64,000 nucleotides of DNA from assembly GCA_040285825.1 (NCBI GenBank), contig JAUPSS010000007.1, forward strand, positions 3,140,141 through 3,204,140, written 5' to 3'. Both the position numbers and the translations under genes were made by a program. The stretch comes from Eukaryota sp. TZLM1-RC. Taxonomy: Eukaryota > Protista > Metamonada: BaSk clade. The notes under the pieces are model-generated. The model did not search any database. It had not been told where the DNA came from and saw only the letters and a list, made by a program, of their open reading frames with translations. Shown piece by piece: positions 13,427-24,600 of the stretch; positions within the stretch are counted from its first letter, which is position 1; each line of letters begins with the position of its first letter.

Positions 13427-13460
13427 TTCGTAGCAATAAGCAGCATCTGTGATTTAATAA

Positions 13461-13860
13461 ACTGAATAATTGTCATCCTAATAGTAAAGCAACCCAGTAC
13501 GAGAGGAACCGTTGTTTCGCATAATTGGTATTTACGCTTATCTGAAAAGATATTGGTGTGAAGCTAACATGCGTTGGATTATAGCTGAACGCCTCTAAGC
13601 TAGTATCCAACCTAGAAAGGATGATATATTGACCTGCAAATTTAATCGATAAAGATTAGGATTGTGTTTACACAGTCCCAATATCTCATCAGTGGGATTG
13701 ATGTTTAGTCTAAGTACTATTCATTGATCATTGAAACTATGAAGATTCGCAGGATCATGAAACCTTGGCAGACGACCAAGATACGGAACTCATTGCTGTA
13801 AGTGTAAGAGTATCGTTTTGATACGATTTACTGAGGCTCATATGAAGTTCCTAGTTTCGT
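13461..13860 (+). rRNA. 28S (LSU) rRNA 3' fragment (domain VI) downstream of the retrotransposon
   Basis: Sarcin-ricin loop AGTACGAGAGGAAC at 13496-13509 and CTGAACGCCTCTAAG. Near-identical to 18207-18608. The 3' end is approximate. Confidence 0.93.
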
Positions 13861-15623
13861 ATATTGACCAATGGTTGTTTATTACAATCATTGGTCAAAT
13901 CTTTAAAGTCCATTTTGGGACAATTAATATAACAATTGTGGTGTTAAAGTCCGTGCTATGGTCATTTGAGTAGTCATTGGTATGATTGGTTGAATGGTCA
14001 TTGGTATGATTAGATGAGTTGCATGTAGTCCTTTATGTACTAGATGTGATCAACTTGTGATCAAACTTTGTGTGAAATTGTGTGTGAGTAATGTTGGCTA
14101 TGTGTTACTTGATCAGTACAAACTCATGATTACATTTTCAAATGATTTTGTATATATTTGAATTAATTGAGTGTATTAATTTTTAAACATTAAATTGTAA
14201 AAAAGTAAAAAATCAAAAGTATACAATTGAATGTTGTAAACTAATAAAACAATTGCTGTAAGTGTAAGAGTATCGTTTTGATACGATTTACTGAGGCTCA
14301 TATGAAGTTCCTAGTTTCGTATATTGACCAATGGTTGTTTATTACAATCATTGGTCAAATCTTAAAGTCCATTTTGGGACAATTAATATAACAATTGTGG
14401 TGTTAAAGTCCGTGCTATGGTCATTTGAGTAGTCATTGGTATGATTGGTTGAATGGTCATTGGTATGATTAGATGAGTTGCATGTAGTCCTTTATGTACT
14501 AGATGTGATCAACTTGTGATCAAACTTTGTGTGAAATTGTGTGTGAGTAATGTTGGCTATGTGTTACTTGATCAGTACAAACTCATGATTACATTTTCAA
14601 ATGATTTTGTATATATTTGAATTAATTGAGTGTATTAATTTTTAAACATTAAATTGTAAAAAAGTAAAAATCAAAAGTATACAATTGAATGTTGTAAACT
14701 AATAAAACAATTGCTGTAAGTGTAAGAGTATCGTTTTGATACGATTTACTGAGGCTCATATGAAGTTCCTAGTTTCGTATATTGACCAATGGTTGTTTAT
14801 TACAATCATTGGTCAAATCTTAAAGTCCATTTTGGGACAATTAATATAACAATTGTGGTGTTAAAGTCCGTGCTATGGTCATTTGATTAGTCATTGGTAT
14901 GATTGGTTGAATGGTCATTGGTATGATTAGATGAGTTGCATGTAGTCTTTATGTACTAGATGTGATCAACTTGTGATCAAACTTTGTGTGAAATTGTGTG
15001 TTAGTAATGTTGGCTATGTGTTACTTGATCAGTACAAACTCATGATTACATTTTCAAATGATTTTGTATATATTTGAATTAATTGAGTGTATTAATTTTT
15101 AAACATTCAATTGTAAAAAAAGTAAAAAATCAAAAAGTATACAATTGAATGTTGTAAACTAATAAAACAATTGCTGTAAGTGTAAGAGTATCGTTTTTGA
15201 TACGATTTACTGAGGCTCATATGAAGTTCCTAGTTTCGTATATTGACCAATGGTTGTTTATTACAATCATTGGTCAAATCTTTAAAGTCCATTTTGGGAC
15301 AATTAATATAACAATTGTGGTGTTAAAGTCCGTGCTATGGTCATTTGATTAGTCATTGGTTTGATTGGTTGAATGGTCATTGGTATGATTAGATGAGTTG
15401 CATGTAGTCCTTATGTACTAGATGTGATCAACTTGTGATCAAACTTTGTGTGAAATTGTGTGTTAGTAATGTTGGCTATGTGTTACTTGATCAGTACAAA
15501 CTCATGATTACATTTTCAAATGATTTTGTATATATTTGAATTAATTGAGTGTATTAATTTTTAAACATTAAATTGTAAAAAAAGTAAAAAATCAAAAAGT
15601 ATACAATTGAATGTTGTAAACTA
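13793..15623 (+). repeat. Tandem satellite block 2, ~4 units
   Basis: Units start at 13793, 14253 and onward (460 bp). The first unit is continuous with 28S. The block ends at ...GTTGTAAACTA (15623). Confidence 0.96.
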
Positions 15624-15652
15624 GCTAAATATAAAAAGGAGACCGATAGTTC

Positions 15653-15683
<31 letters not shown>

Positions 15684-16525
15684 TCTGAAGAGAGAGTTAA
15701 AAGTACCTGAAATCACTGAAAGGATAAGCGATTGGAACTTGATATTGATAGCTTCGGCTGTCTTGCGTTGGAGTGATTTTGAAAATTGAGTGATTGTGGG
15801 GAAGGTAGCTATAATGAACTTCGGTTTATTGTAGTGTTATAGCCTCATAAATTGTTCTTTTTTAAGAATCAGGAATACGGTTTTACCGAGACTCCAACAT
15901 AAAAGGTTCAATTGTCCCGTCTTGAAACACGGACCAAGGAGTGTATCTCTTCTGCAAGTCGTAGGGTGTAAAAACCTGAAGGCGAAATGAAAGTAATTTT
16001 ATGAGGGGAAGTTTCGACTGCACCCTCAACCAGTCCTTGCAAAGGGATCTGAGTATGAGCAGAATGGATACGACCCGAAAGCCGCTGAACTATGCCTGAA
16101 TAGGATGAAGCCAGGGGAAACTCTGGTGGAAGTCCGTAGCGATGTTGACGTGCAAATCACTCGTCAAATTTGGGTATAGGGGCGAAAGACTCATCGAAGC
16201 GGCTAGTAGCTGGTTACGTTCGAAGTTTCCCCCAGGATAGCTGGAGCTTGTTTTAGTTTTGTCCGGTAAAGCTAATGATTAGAGGTACTAGGGACGCAAT
16301 GTCCTTAGCCTATTCTCAAACTTTAAATGGGCAAGATTTGTGATGATACTTAAGTGATCGTTGCAATTGAATAATAGCTCTAAGTGGGCCATTTTTGGTA
16401 AGCAGAACTGGCGATGTGGGATGCTCCAAAAGACATGTTAAGGTGCCTAAGTGTGCACTCATTTAGACCCCAGAAAAGGTGTTGGTTGATATTGACAGCA
16501 GGACGGTGGCCATGGAAGTCGGAAT

Positions 16526-16559
<34 letters not shown>

Positions 16560-17469
16560 TCAACTAGCCCTGAAAATTGATGGCGCTAAAGTGTGCCACC
16601 TATACATGTCCATTAATTCATTTTATGAGTTAATGTGTAGAACGTCGTGGGGGTTGCGTAGAAGGTTCATTGTGAAATGGACTGGAGCAGCCTCTAGTGC
16701 AGATCTTGGTGGTAGTAGCAAATAAACAAGTTGGAATCTTGTTGACCGAAGTGGAGTAGGGTTCCATGGTAAAGGTATTCTGCCATGGGTTAGTCGGTCC
16801 TAAGGCACAGGTTAACTCTTTGAGAGGGGGCTTTTATAGCTCCGTCCTGTCGAAAGGGAAGCAGGTTAATATTCCTGCACCAACAGTGGGTGTTCGTGGT
16901 AACACAATCGAATCTAGAGATGTCGGGGAGGATCCTGGGAAGAGTTATCTTTTCTTATTAACTGTCTATTGTCCATGGAATCTGTTTAACAGGAGAAGTG
17001 GATATAAGATAGGAAGAGCATTACGTTTTTGTAATGTCCGGTGTATTCTCAACGGCCCTTGAAAATCTAGAGGAGTAATCACTTCATTGTTGTCCGTACC
17101 GATAACCGCATCAGGTCTCCAAGGTGTGTAGCCTCTGGTCTATAGAAGAACGTAGGTAAGGGAAGTCGGCAAAATAGATCCGTAACTTCGGGATAAGGAT
17201 TGGCTCTAGGGGCCTTGTGTAAGAGCCCTAGTGGTGACGCACTGAGCGTTGATGTGATTGGCAACAATTGCGTTGATGCGAGGTGTTGATCCATTGGGAT
17301 TACTTTTATGCAATTAAAGGTCAACCTAGAACTGTAACGGACAAAGGGAACCCGACTGTTTAATCGAAACAAAGCTTTCTGATGGCCGGAAACGGTGTTG
17401 ACAGAAAGTGATTTCTGCTCAGTGCTCTGAATGTCATTGTGAAGAGATTCAATCAAGCACGGGTAAACA

Positions 17470-17514
<45 letters not shown>

Positions 17515-17515
17515 C

Positions 17516-17548
<33 letters not shown>

Positions 17549-17570
17549 GTTCCCACTGTCCCTACCTACC

Positions 17571-17606
<36 letters not shown>

Positions 17607-18010
17607 TAATTCAGCGGGGAAAGAAAGACCCTGTTGAGCTTGACTCTAGTCTGATATTGTGAACCGATTCAGGAGGTGTAGCGTACAGGGGAGTAGATTT
17701 ATCTACGCCAATGAAACACCCTGACTCTTGACATTGGTTTGCTAACTTAATTAATCCGAAACAGGTTTCCTGTTTCAAGATTTAAGTGTCTTCGGATACG
17801 ATCGGATTTAAGGACATTGTCAGATGGGGAGTTTGGCTGGGGCGGCACATCTCCAAAATAATAACGGAGGTGTCCTAAGGTGAGCTCAATGAGAACAGAA
17901 ATCTCATGTAGAACATAAGGGTAAAAGCTCACTTGATTTTGATTTTCAGTATGAATACAAACCAAGAAATTGTGGCCTAACGATCCTTTAACTATAAGAA
18001 ACTTTTAGCT

Positions 18011-18053
<43 letters not shown>

Positions 18054-18155
18054 AGCCAAGCGTTCATAGCGACGTTGCTTTTTGATTCTTCGATGTCGGC
18101 TCTTCCTATCATTGAGAAGCAGAATTCTCAAAGCGTTGGATTGTTCACCCATTAA

Positions 18156-18201
<46 letters not shown>

Positions 18202-18608
18202 ACCCTACTGAATAATTGTCATCCTAATAGTAAAAGCAACCCAGTACGAGAGGAACCGTTGTTTCGCATAATTGGTATTTACGCTTATCTGAAAAGATAT
18301 TGGTGTGAAGCTAACATGCGTTGGATTATAGCTGAACGCCTCTAAGCTAGTATCCAACCTAGAAAGGATGATATATTGACCTGCAAATTTAATCGATAAA
18401 GATTAGGATTGTGTTTACACAGTCCCAATATCTCATCAGTGGGATTGATGTTTAGTCTAAGTACTATTCATTGATCATTGAAACTATGAAGATTCGCAGG
18501 ATCATGAAACCTTGGCAGACGACCAAGATACGGAACTCATTGCTGTAAGTGTAAGAGTATCGTTTTTGATACGATTTACTGAGGCTCATATGAAGTTCCT
18601 AGTTTCGT
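15624..18608 (+). rRNA. 28S (LSU) rRNA, 5'-truncated copy lacking roughly the first 300+ nt; no retroelement insertion
   Basis: Conserved eukaryotic LSU motifs: GAGACCGATAG..CAAGTACCGTGAGGGAAAG, CCCGTCTTGAAACACGGACCAAGGAG, CAGATCTTGGTGGTAGTAGCAAA, CTCTCTTAAGGTAGCCAAATGCC, GGGATAACTGGCTTGTGGCAGCC, GGTTTAGACCGTCGTGAGACAGG, and the SRL at 18244-18257. Probably non-functional in this position. Confidence 0.96.
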
Positions 18609-21600
18609 ATATTGACCAATGGTTGTTTATTACAATCATTGGTCAAATCTTTAAAGTCCATTTGGGACAATTAATATAACAATTGTGGTGTTAAAGTCCG
18701 TGCTATGGTCATTTGAGTAGTCATTGGTATGATTGGTTGAATGGTCATTGGTATGATTAGATGAGTTGCATGTAGTCTTTATGTACTAGATGTGATCAAC
18801 TTGTGATCAAACTTTGTGTGAAATTGTGTGTTAGTAATGTTGGCTATGTGTTACTTGATCAGTACAAACTCATGATTACATTTTCAAATGATTTTGTATA
18901 TATTTGAATTAATTGAGTGTATTAATTTTTAAACATTAAATTGTAAAAAAAGTAAAAAATCAAAAAGTATACAATTGAATGTTGTAAACTAATAAAACAA
19001 TTGCTGTAAGTGTAAGAGTATCGTTTTTGATACGATTTACTGAGGCTCATATGAAGTTCCTAGTTTCGTATATTGACCAATGGTTGTTTATTACAATCAT
19101 TGGTCAAATCTTAAAGTCCATTTTGGGACAATTAATATAACAATTGTGGTGTTAAAGTCCGTGCTATGGTCATTTGAGTAGTCATTGGTTTGATTGGTTG
19201 AATGGTCATTGGTATGATTAGATGAGTTGCATGTAGTCTTTATGTACTAGATGTGATCAACTTGTGATCAAACTTTGTGTGAAATTGTGTGTGGTAATGT
19301 TGGCTATGTGTTGCTTGATCAGTACAAACTCATGATTACATTTTCAAATGATTTTGTATATATTTGAATTAATTGAGTGTATTAATTTTTAAACATTAAA
19401 TTGTAAAAAAAGTAAAAAATCAAAAAGTATACAATTGAATGTTGTAAACTAATAAAACAATTGCTGTAAGTGTAAGAGTATCGTTTTTGATACGATTTAC
19501 TGAGGCTCATATGAAGTTCCTAGTTTCGTATATTGACCAATGGTTGTTTATTACAATCATTGGTCAAATCTTAAAATCCATTTTGGGACAATTAATATAA
19601 CAATTGTGGTGTTAAAGTCCGTGCTATGGTCATTTGAGTAGTCATTGGTATGATTGGTTGAATGGTCATTGGTATGATTAGATGAGTTGCATGTAGTCTT
19701 TATGTACTAGATGTGATCAACTTGTGATCAAACTTTGTGTGAAATTGTGTGTTAGTAATGTTGGCTATGTGTTGCTTGATCGGTACAAACTCATGATTAC
19801 ATTTTCAAATGATTTTGTATATATTTGAATTAATTGGTGTATTAATTTTTAAACATTAAATTGTAAAAAAAGTAAAAAATCAAAAAGTATACAATTGAAT
19901 GTTGTAAACTAATAAAACAATTGCTGTAAGTGTAAGAGTATCGTTTTTGATACGATTTACTGAGGCTCATATGAAGTTCCTAGTTTCGTATATTGACCAA
20001 TGGTTGTTTATTACAATCATTGGTCAAATCTTAAAATCCATTTTGGGACAATTAATATAACAATTGTGGTGTTAAAGTCCGTGCTATGGTCATTTGAGTA
20101 GTCATTGGTATGATTGGTTGAATGGTCATTGGTATGATTAGATGAGTTGCATGTAGTCTTTATGTACTAGATGTGATCAACTTGTGATCAAACTTTGTGT
20201 GAAATTGTGTGTGGTAATGTTGGCTATGTGTTACTTGATCAGTACAAACTCATGATTACATTTTCAAATGATTTTGTATATATTTGAATTAATTGAGTGT
20301 ATTAATTTTTAAACATTAAATTGTAAAAAAAGTAAAAAAATCAAAAAGTATACAATTGAATGTTGTAAACTAATAAAACAATTGCTGTAAGTGTAAGAGT
20401 ATCGTTTTTGATACGATTTACTGAGAGCTCATATGAAGTTCCTAGTTTCGTATATTGACCAATGGTTGTTTATTACAATCATTGGTCAAATCTTAAAGTC
20501 CATTTTGGGACAATTAATATAACAATTGTGGTGTTAAAGTCCGTGCTATGGTCATTTGAGTAGTCATTGGTTTGATTGGTTGAATGGTCATTGGTATGAT
20601 TAGATGAGTTGCATGTAGTCTTTATGTACTAGATGTGATCAACTTGTGATCAAACTTTGTGTGAAATTGTGTGTGGTAATGTTGGCTATGTGTTGCTTGA
20701 TCGGTACAAACTCATGATTACATTTTCAAATGATTTTGTATATATTTGAATTAATTGGGTGTATTAATTTTTAAACATTAAATTGTAAAAAAGTAAAAAA
20801 TCAAAAAGTATACAATTGAATGTTGTAAACTAATAAAACAATTGCTGTAAGTGTAAGAGTATCGTTTTTGATACGATTTACTGAGAGCTCATATGAAGTT
20901 CCTAGTTTCGTATATTGACCAATGGTTGTTTATTACAATCATTGGTCAAATCTTCAAAATCCATTTTGGGACAATTAATATAACAATTGTGGTGTTAAAG
21001 TCCGTGCTATGGTCATTTGATTAGTCATTGGTATGATTGGTTGAATGGTCATTGGTATGATTAGATGAGTTGCATGTAGTCTTTATGTACTAGATGTGAT
21101 CAACTTGTGATCAAACTTTGTGTGAAATTGTGTGTTAGTAATGTTGGCTATGTGTTGCTTGATCGGTACAAACTCATGATTACATTTTCAAATGATTTTG
21201 TATATATTTGAATTAATTGAGTGTATTAATTTTTAAACATTAAATTGTAAAAAAAGTAAAAAATCAAAAAGTATACAATTGAATGTTGTAAACTAATAAA
21301 ACAATTGCTGTAAGTGTAAGAGTATCGTTTTTGATACGATTTACTGAGGCTCATATGAAGTTCCTAGTTTCGTATATTGACCAATGGTTGTTTATTACAA
21401 TCATTGGTCAAATCTTACTAAAGTCCATTTTGGGACAATTAATATAACAATTGTGGTGTTAAAGTCCGTGCTATGGTCATTTGAGTAGTCATTGGTTTGA
21501 TTGGTTGAATGGTCATTGGTATGATTAGATGAGTTGCATGTAGTCTTTATGTACTAGATGTGATCAACTTGTGATCAAACTTTGTGTGAAATTGTGTGTT

Positions 21601-24600
21601 AGTAATGTTGGCTATGTGTTGCTTGATCAGTACAAACTCATGATTACATTTTCAAATGATTTTGTATATATTTGAATTAATTGAGTGTATTAATTTTTAA
21701 ACATTAAATTGTAAAAAAAGTAAAAAATCAAAAAGTATACAATTGAATGTTGTAAACTAATAAAACAATTGCTGTAAGTGTAAGAGTATCGTTTTTGATA
21801 CGATTTACTGAGAGCTCATATGAAGTTCCTAGTTTCGTATATTGACCAATGGTTGTTTATTACAATCATTGGTCAAATCTTAAAGTCCATTTTGGGACAA
21901 TTAATATAACAATTGTGGTGTTAAAGTCCGTGCTATGGTCATTTGAGTAGTCATTGGTATGATTGGTTGAATGGTCATTGGTATGATTAGATGAGTTGCA
22001 TGTAGTCTTTATGTACTAGATGTGATCAACTTGTGATCAAACTTTGTGTGAAATTGTGTGTGGTAATGTTGGCTATGTGTTGCTTGATCGGTACAAACTC
22101 ATGATTACATTTTCAAATGATTTTGTATATATTTGAATTAATTGAGTGTATTAATTTTTAAACATTAAATTGTAAAAAAAGTAAAAAATCAAAAAGTATA
22201 CAATTGAATGTTGTAAACTAATAAAACAATTGCTGTAAGTGTAAGAGTATCGTTTTTGATACGATTTACTGAGAGCTCATATGAAGTTCCTAGTTTCGTA
22301 TATTGACCAATGGTTGTTTATTACAATCATTGGTCAAATCTAAAGTCCATTTTGGGACAATTAATATAACAATTGTGGTGTTAAAGTCCGTGCTATGGTC
22401 ATTTGAGTAGTCATTGGTATGATTGGTTGAATGGTCATTGGTATGATTAGATGAGTTGCATGTAGTCTTTATGTGCTAGATGTGATCAACTTGTGATCAA
22501 ACTTTGTGTGAAATTGTGTGTGGTAATGTTGGCTATGTGTTGCTTGATCAGTACAAACTCATGATTACATTTTCAAATGATTTTGTATATATTTGAATTA
22601 ATTGAGTGTATTAATTTTTAAACATTAAATTGTAAAAAAAGTAAAAAATCAAAAAGTATACAATTGAATGTTGTAAACTAATAAAACAATTGCTGTAAGT
22701 GTAAGAGTATCGTTTTTGATACGATTTACTGAGAGCTCATATGAAGTTCCTAGTTTCGTATATTGACCAATGGTTGTTTATTACAATCATTGGTCAAATC
22801 TTCTAAAGTCCATTTTGGGACAATTAATATAACAATTGTGGTGTTAAAGTCCGTGCTATGGTCATTTGAGTTAGTCATTGGTATGATTGGTTGAATGGTC
22901 ATTGGTATGATTAGATGAGTTGCATGTAGTCTTTATGTACTAGATGTGATCAACTTGTGATCAAACTTTGTGTGAAATTGTGTGTTAGTAATGTTGGCTA
23001 TGTGTTGCTTGATCGGTACAAACTCATGATTACATTTTCAAATGATTTTGTATATATTTGAATTAATTGAGTGTATTAATTTTTAAACATTAAATTGTAA
23101 AAAAGTAAAAAATCAAAAAGTATACAATTGAATGTTGTAAACTAATAAAACAATTGCTGTAAGTGTAAGAGTATCGTTTTTGATACGATTTACTGAGAGC
23201 TCATATGAAGTTCCTAGTTTCGTATATTGACCAATGGTTGTTTATTACAATCATTGGTCAAATCTTAAAGTCCATTTTGGGACAATTAATATAACAATTG
23301 TGGTGTTAAAGTCCGTGCTATGGTCATTTGAGTAGTCATTGGTTTGATTGGTTGAATGGTCATTGGTATGATTAGATGAGTTGCATGTAGTCCTTTATGT
23401 ACTAGATGTGATCAACTTGTGATCAAACTTTGTGTGAAATTGTGTGTTAGTAATGTTGGCTATGTGTTGCTTGATCAGTACAAACTCATGATTACATTTT
23501 CAAATGATTTTGTATATATTTGAATTAATTGAGTGTATTAATTTTTAAACATTAAATTGTAAAAAAAGTAAAAAATCAAAAAGTATACAATTGAATGTTG
23601 TAAACTAATAAAACAATTGCTGTAAGTGTAAGAGTATCGTTTTTGATACGATTTACTGAGGCTCATATGAAGTTCCTAGTTTCGTATATTGACCAATGGT
23701 TGTTTATTACAATCATTGGTCAAATCTTCTAAAGTCCATTTTGGGACAATTAATATAACAATTGTGGTGTTAAAGTCCGTGCTATGGTCATTTGAGTAGT
23801 CATTGGTATGATTGGTTGAATGGTCATTGGTATGATTAGATGAGTTGCATGTAGTCTTTATGTACTAGATGTGATCAACTTGTGATCAAACTTTGTGTGA
23901 AATTGTGTGTTAGTAATGTTGGCTATGTGTTACTTGATCAGTACAAACTCATGATTACATTTTCAAATGATTTTGTATATATTTGAATTAATTGAGTGTA
24001 TTAATTTTTAAACATTAAATTGTAAAAAAAGTAAAAAAATCAAAAAGTATACAATTGAATGTTGTAAACTAATAAAACAATTGCTGTAAGTGTAAGAGTA
24101 TCGTTTTTGATACGATTTACTGAGAGCTCATATGAAGTTCCTAGTTTCGTATATTGACCAATGGTTGTTTATTACAATCATTGGTCAAATCTTACTAAAA
24201 TCCATTTTGGGACAATTAATATAACAATTGTGGTGTTAAAGTCCGTGCTATGGTCATTTGAGTAGTCATTGGTTTGATTGGTTGAATGGTCATTGGTATG
24301 ATTAGATGAGTTGCATGTAGTCTTTATGTACTAGATGTGATCAACTTGTGATCAAACTTTGTGTGAAATTGTGTGTGGTAATGTTGGCTATGTGTTGCTT
24401 GATCAGTACAAACTCATGATTACATTTTCAAATGATTTTGTATATATTTGAATTAATTGAGTGTATTAATTTTTAAACATTAAATTGTAAAAAAAGTAAA
24501 AAAATCAAAAAGTATACAATTGAATGTTGTAAACTAATAAAACAATTGCTGTAAGTGTAAGAGTATCGTTTTTGATACGATTTACTGAGAGCTCATATGA

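Larger units (their letters stand above)
9863..13460 (+). mobile_element. Non-LTR retrotransposon, RLE type, CRE-like, with N-terminal RNase H; 3' end joined to 28S rDNA; probably 5'-truncated
   Basis: Non-satellite sequence starts at 9863 and ends at ...GTGATTTAATAA (13460), directly followed by 28S sequence ACTGAATAATTGTC that matches 18207 onward. Domain order is RNase H - 2x C2H2 - RT - CCHC - RLE. No LTRs and no APE domain. Confidence 0.92.

Noticed and set aside
17486-17508. R2 element identity for the retrotransposon
   Set aside because: The junction is ~710 nt from the R2 site, which is uninterrupted here. The RT has YLDD and QFGV..GGAE (CRE-like), and I see no Myb domain.
16414-17965. 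ORFs 16414-16725, 16766-17062, 17079-17456 and 17747-17965
   Set aside because: Spurious frames inside 28S rRNA.
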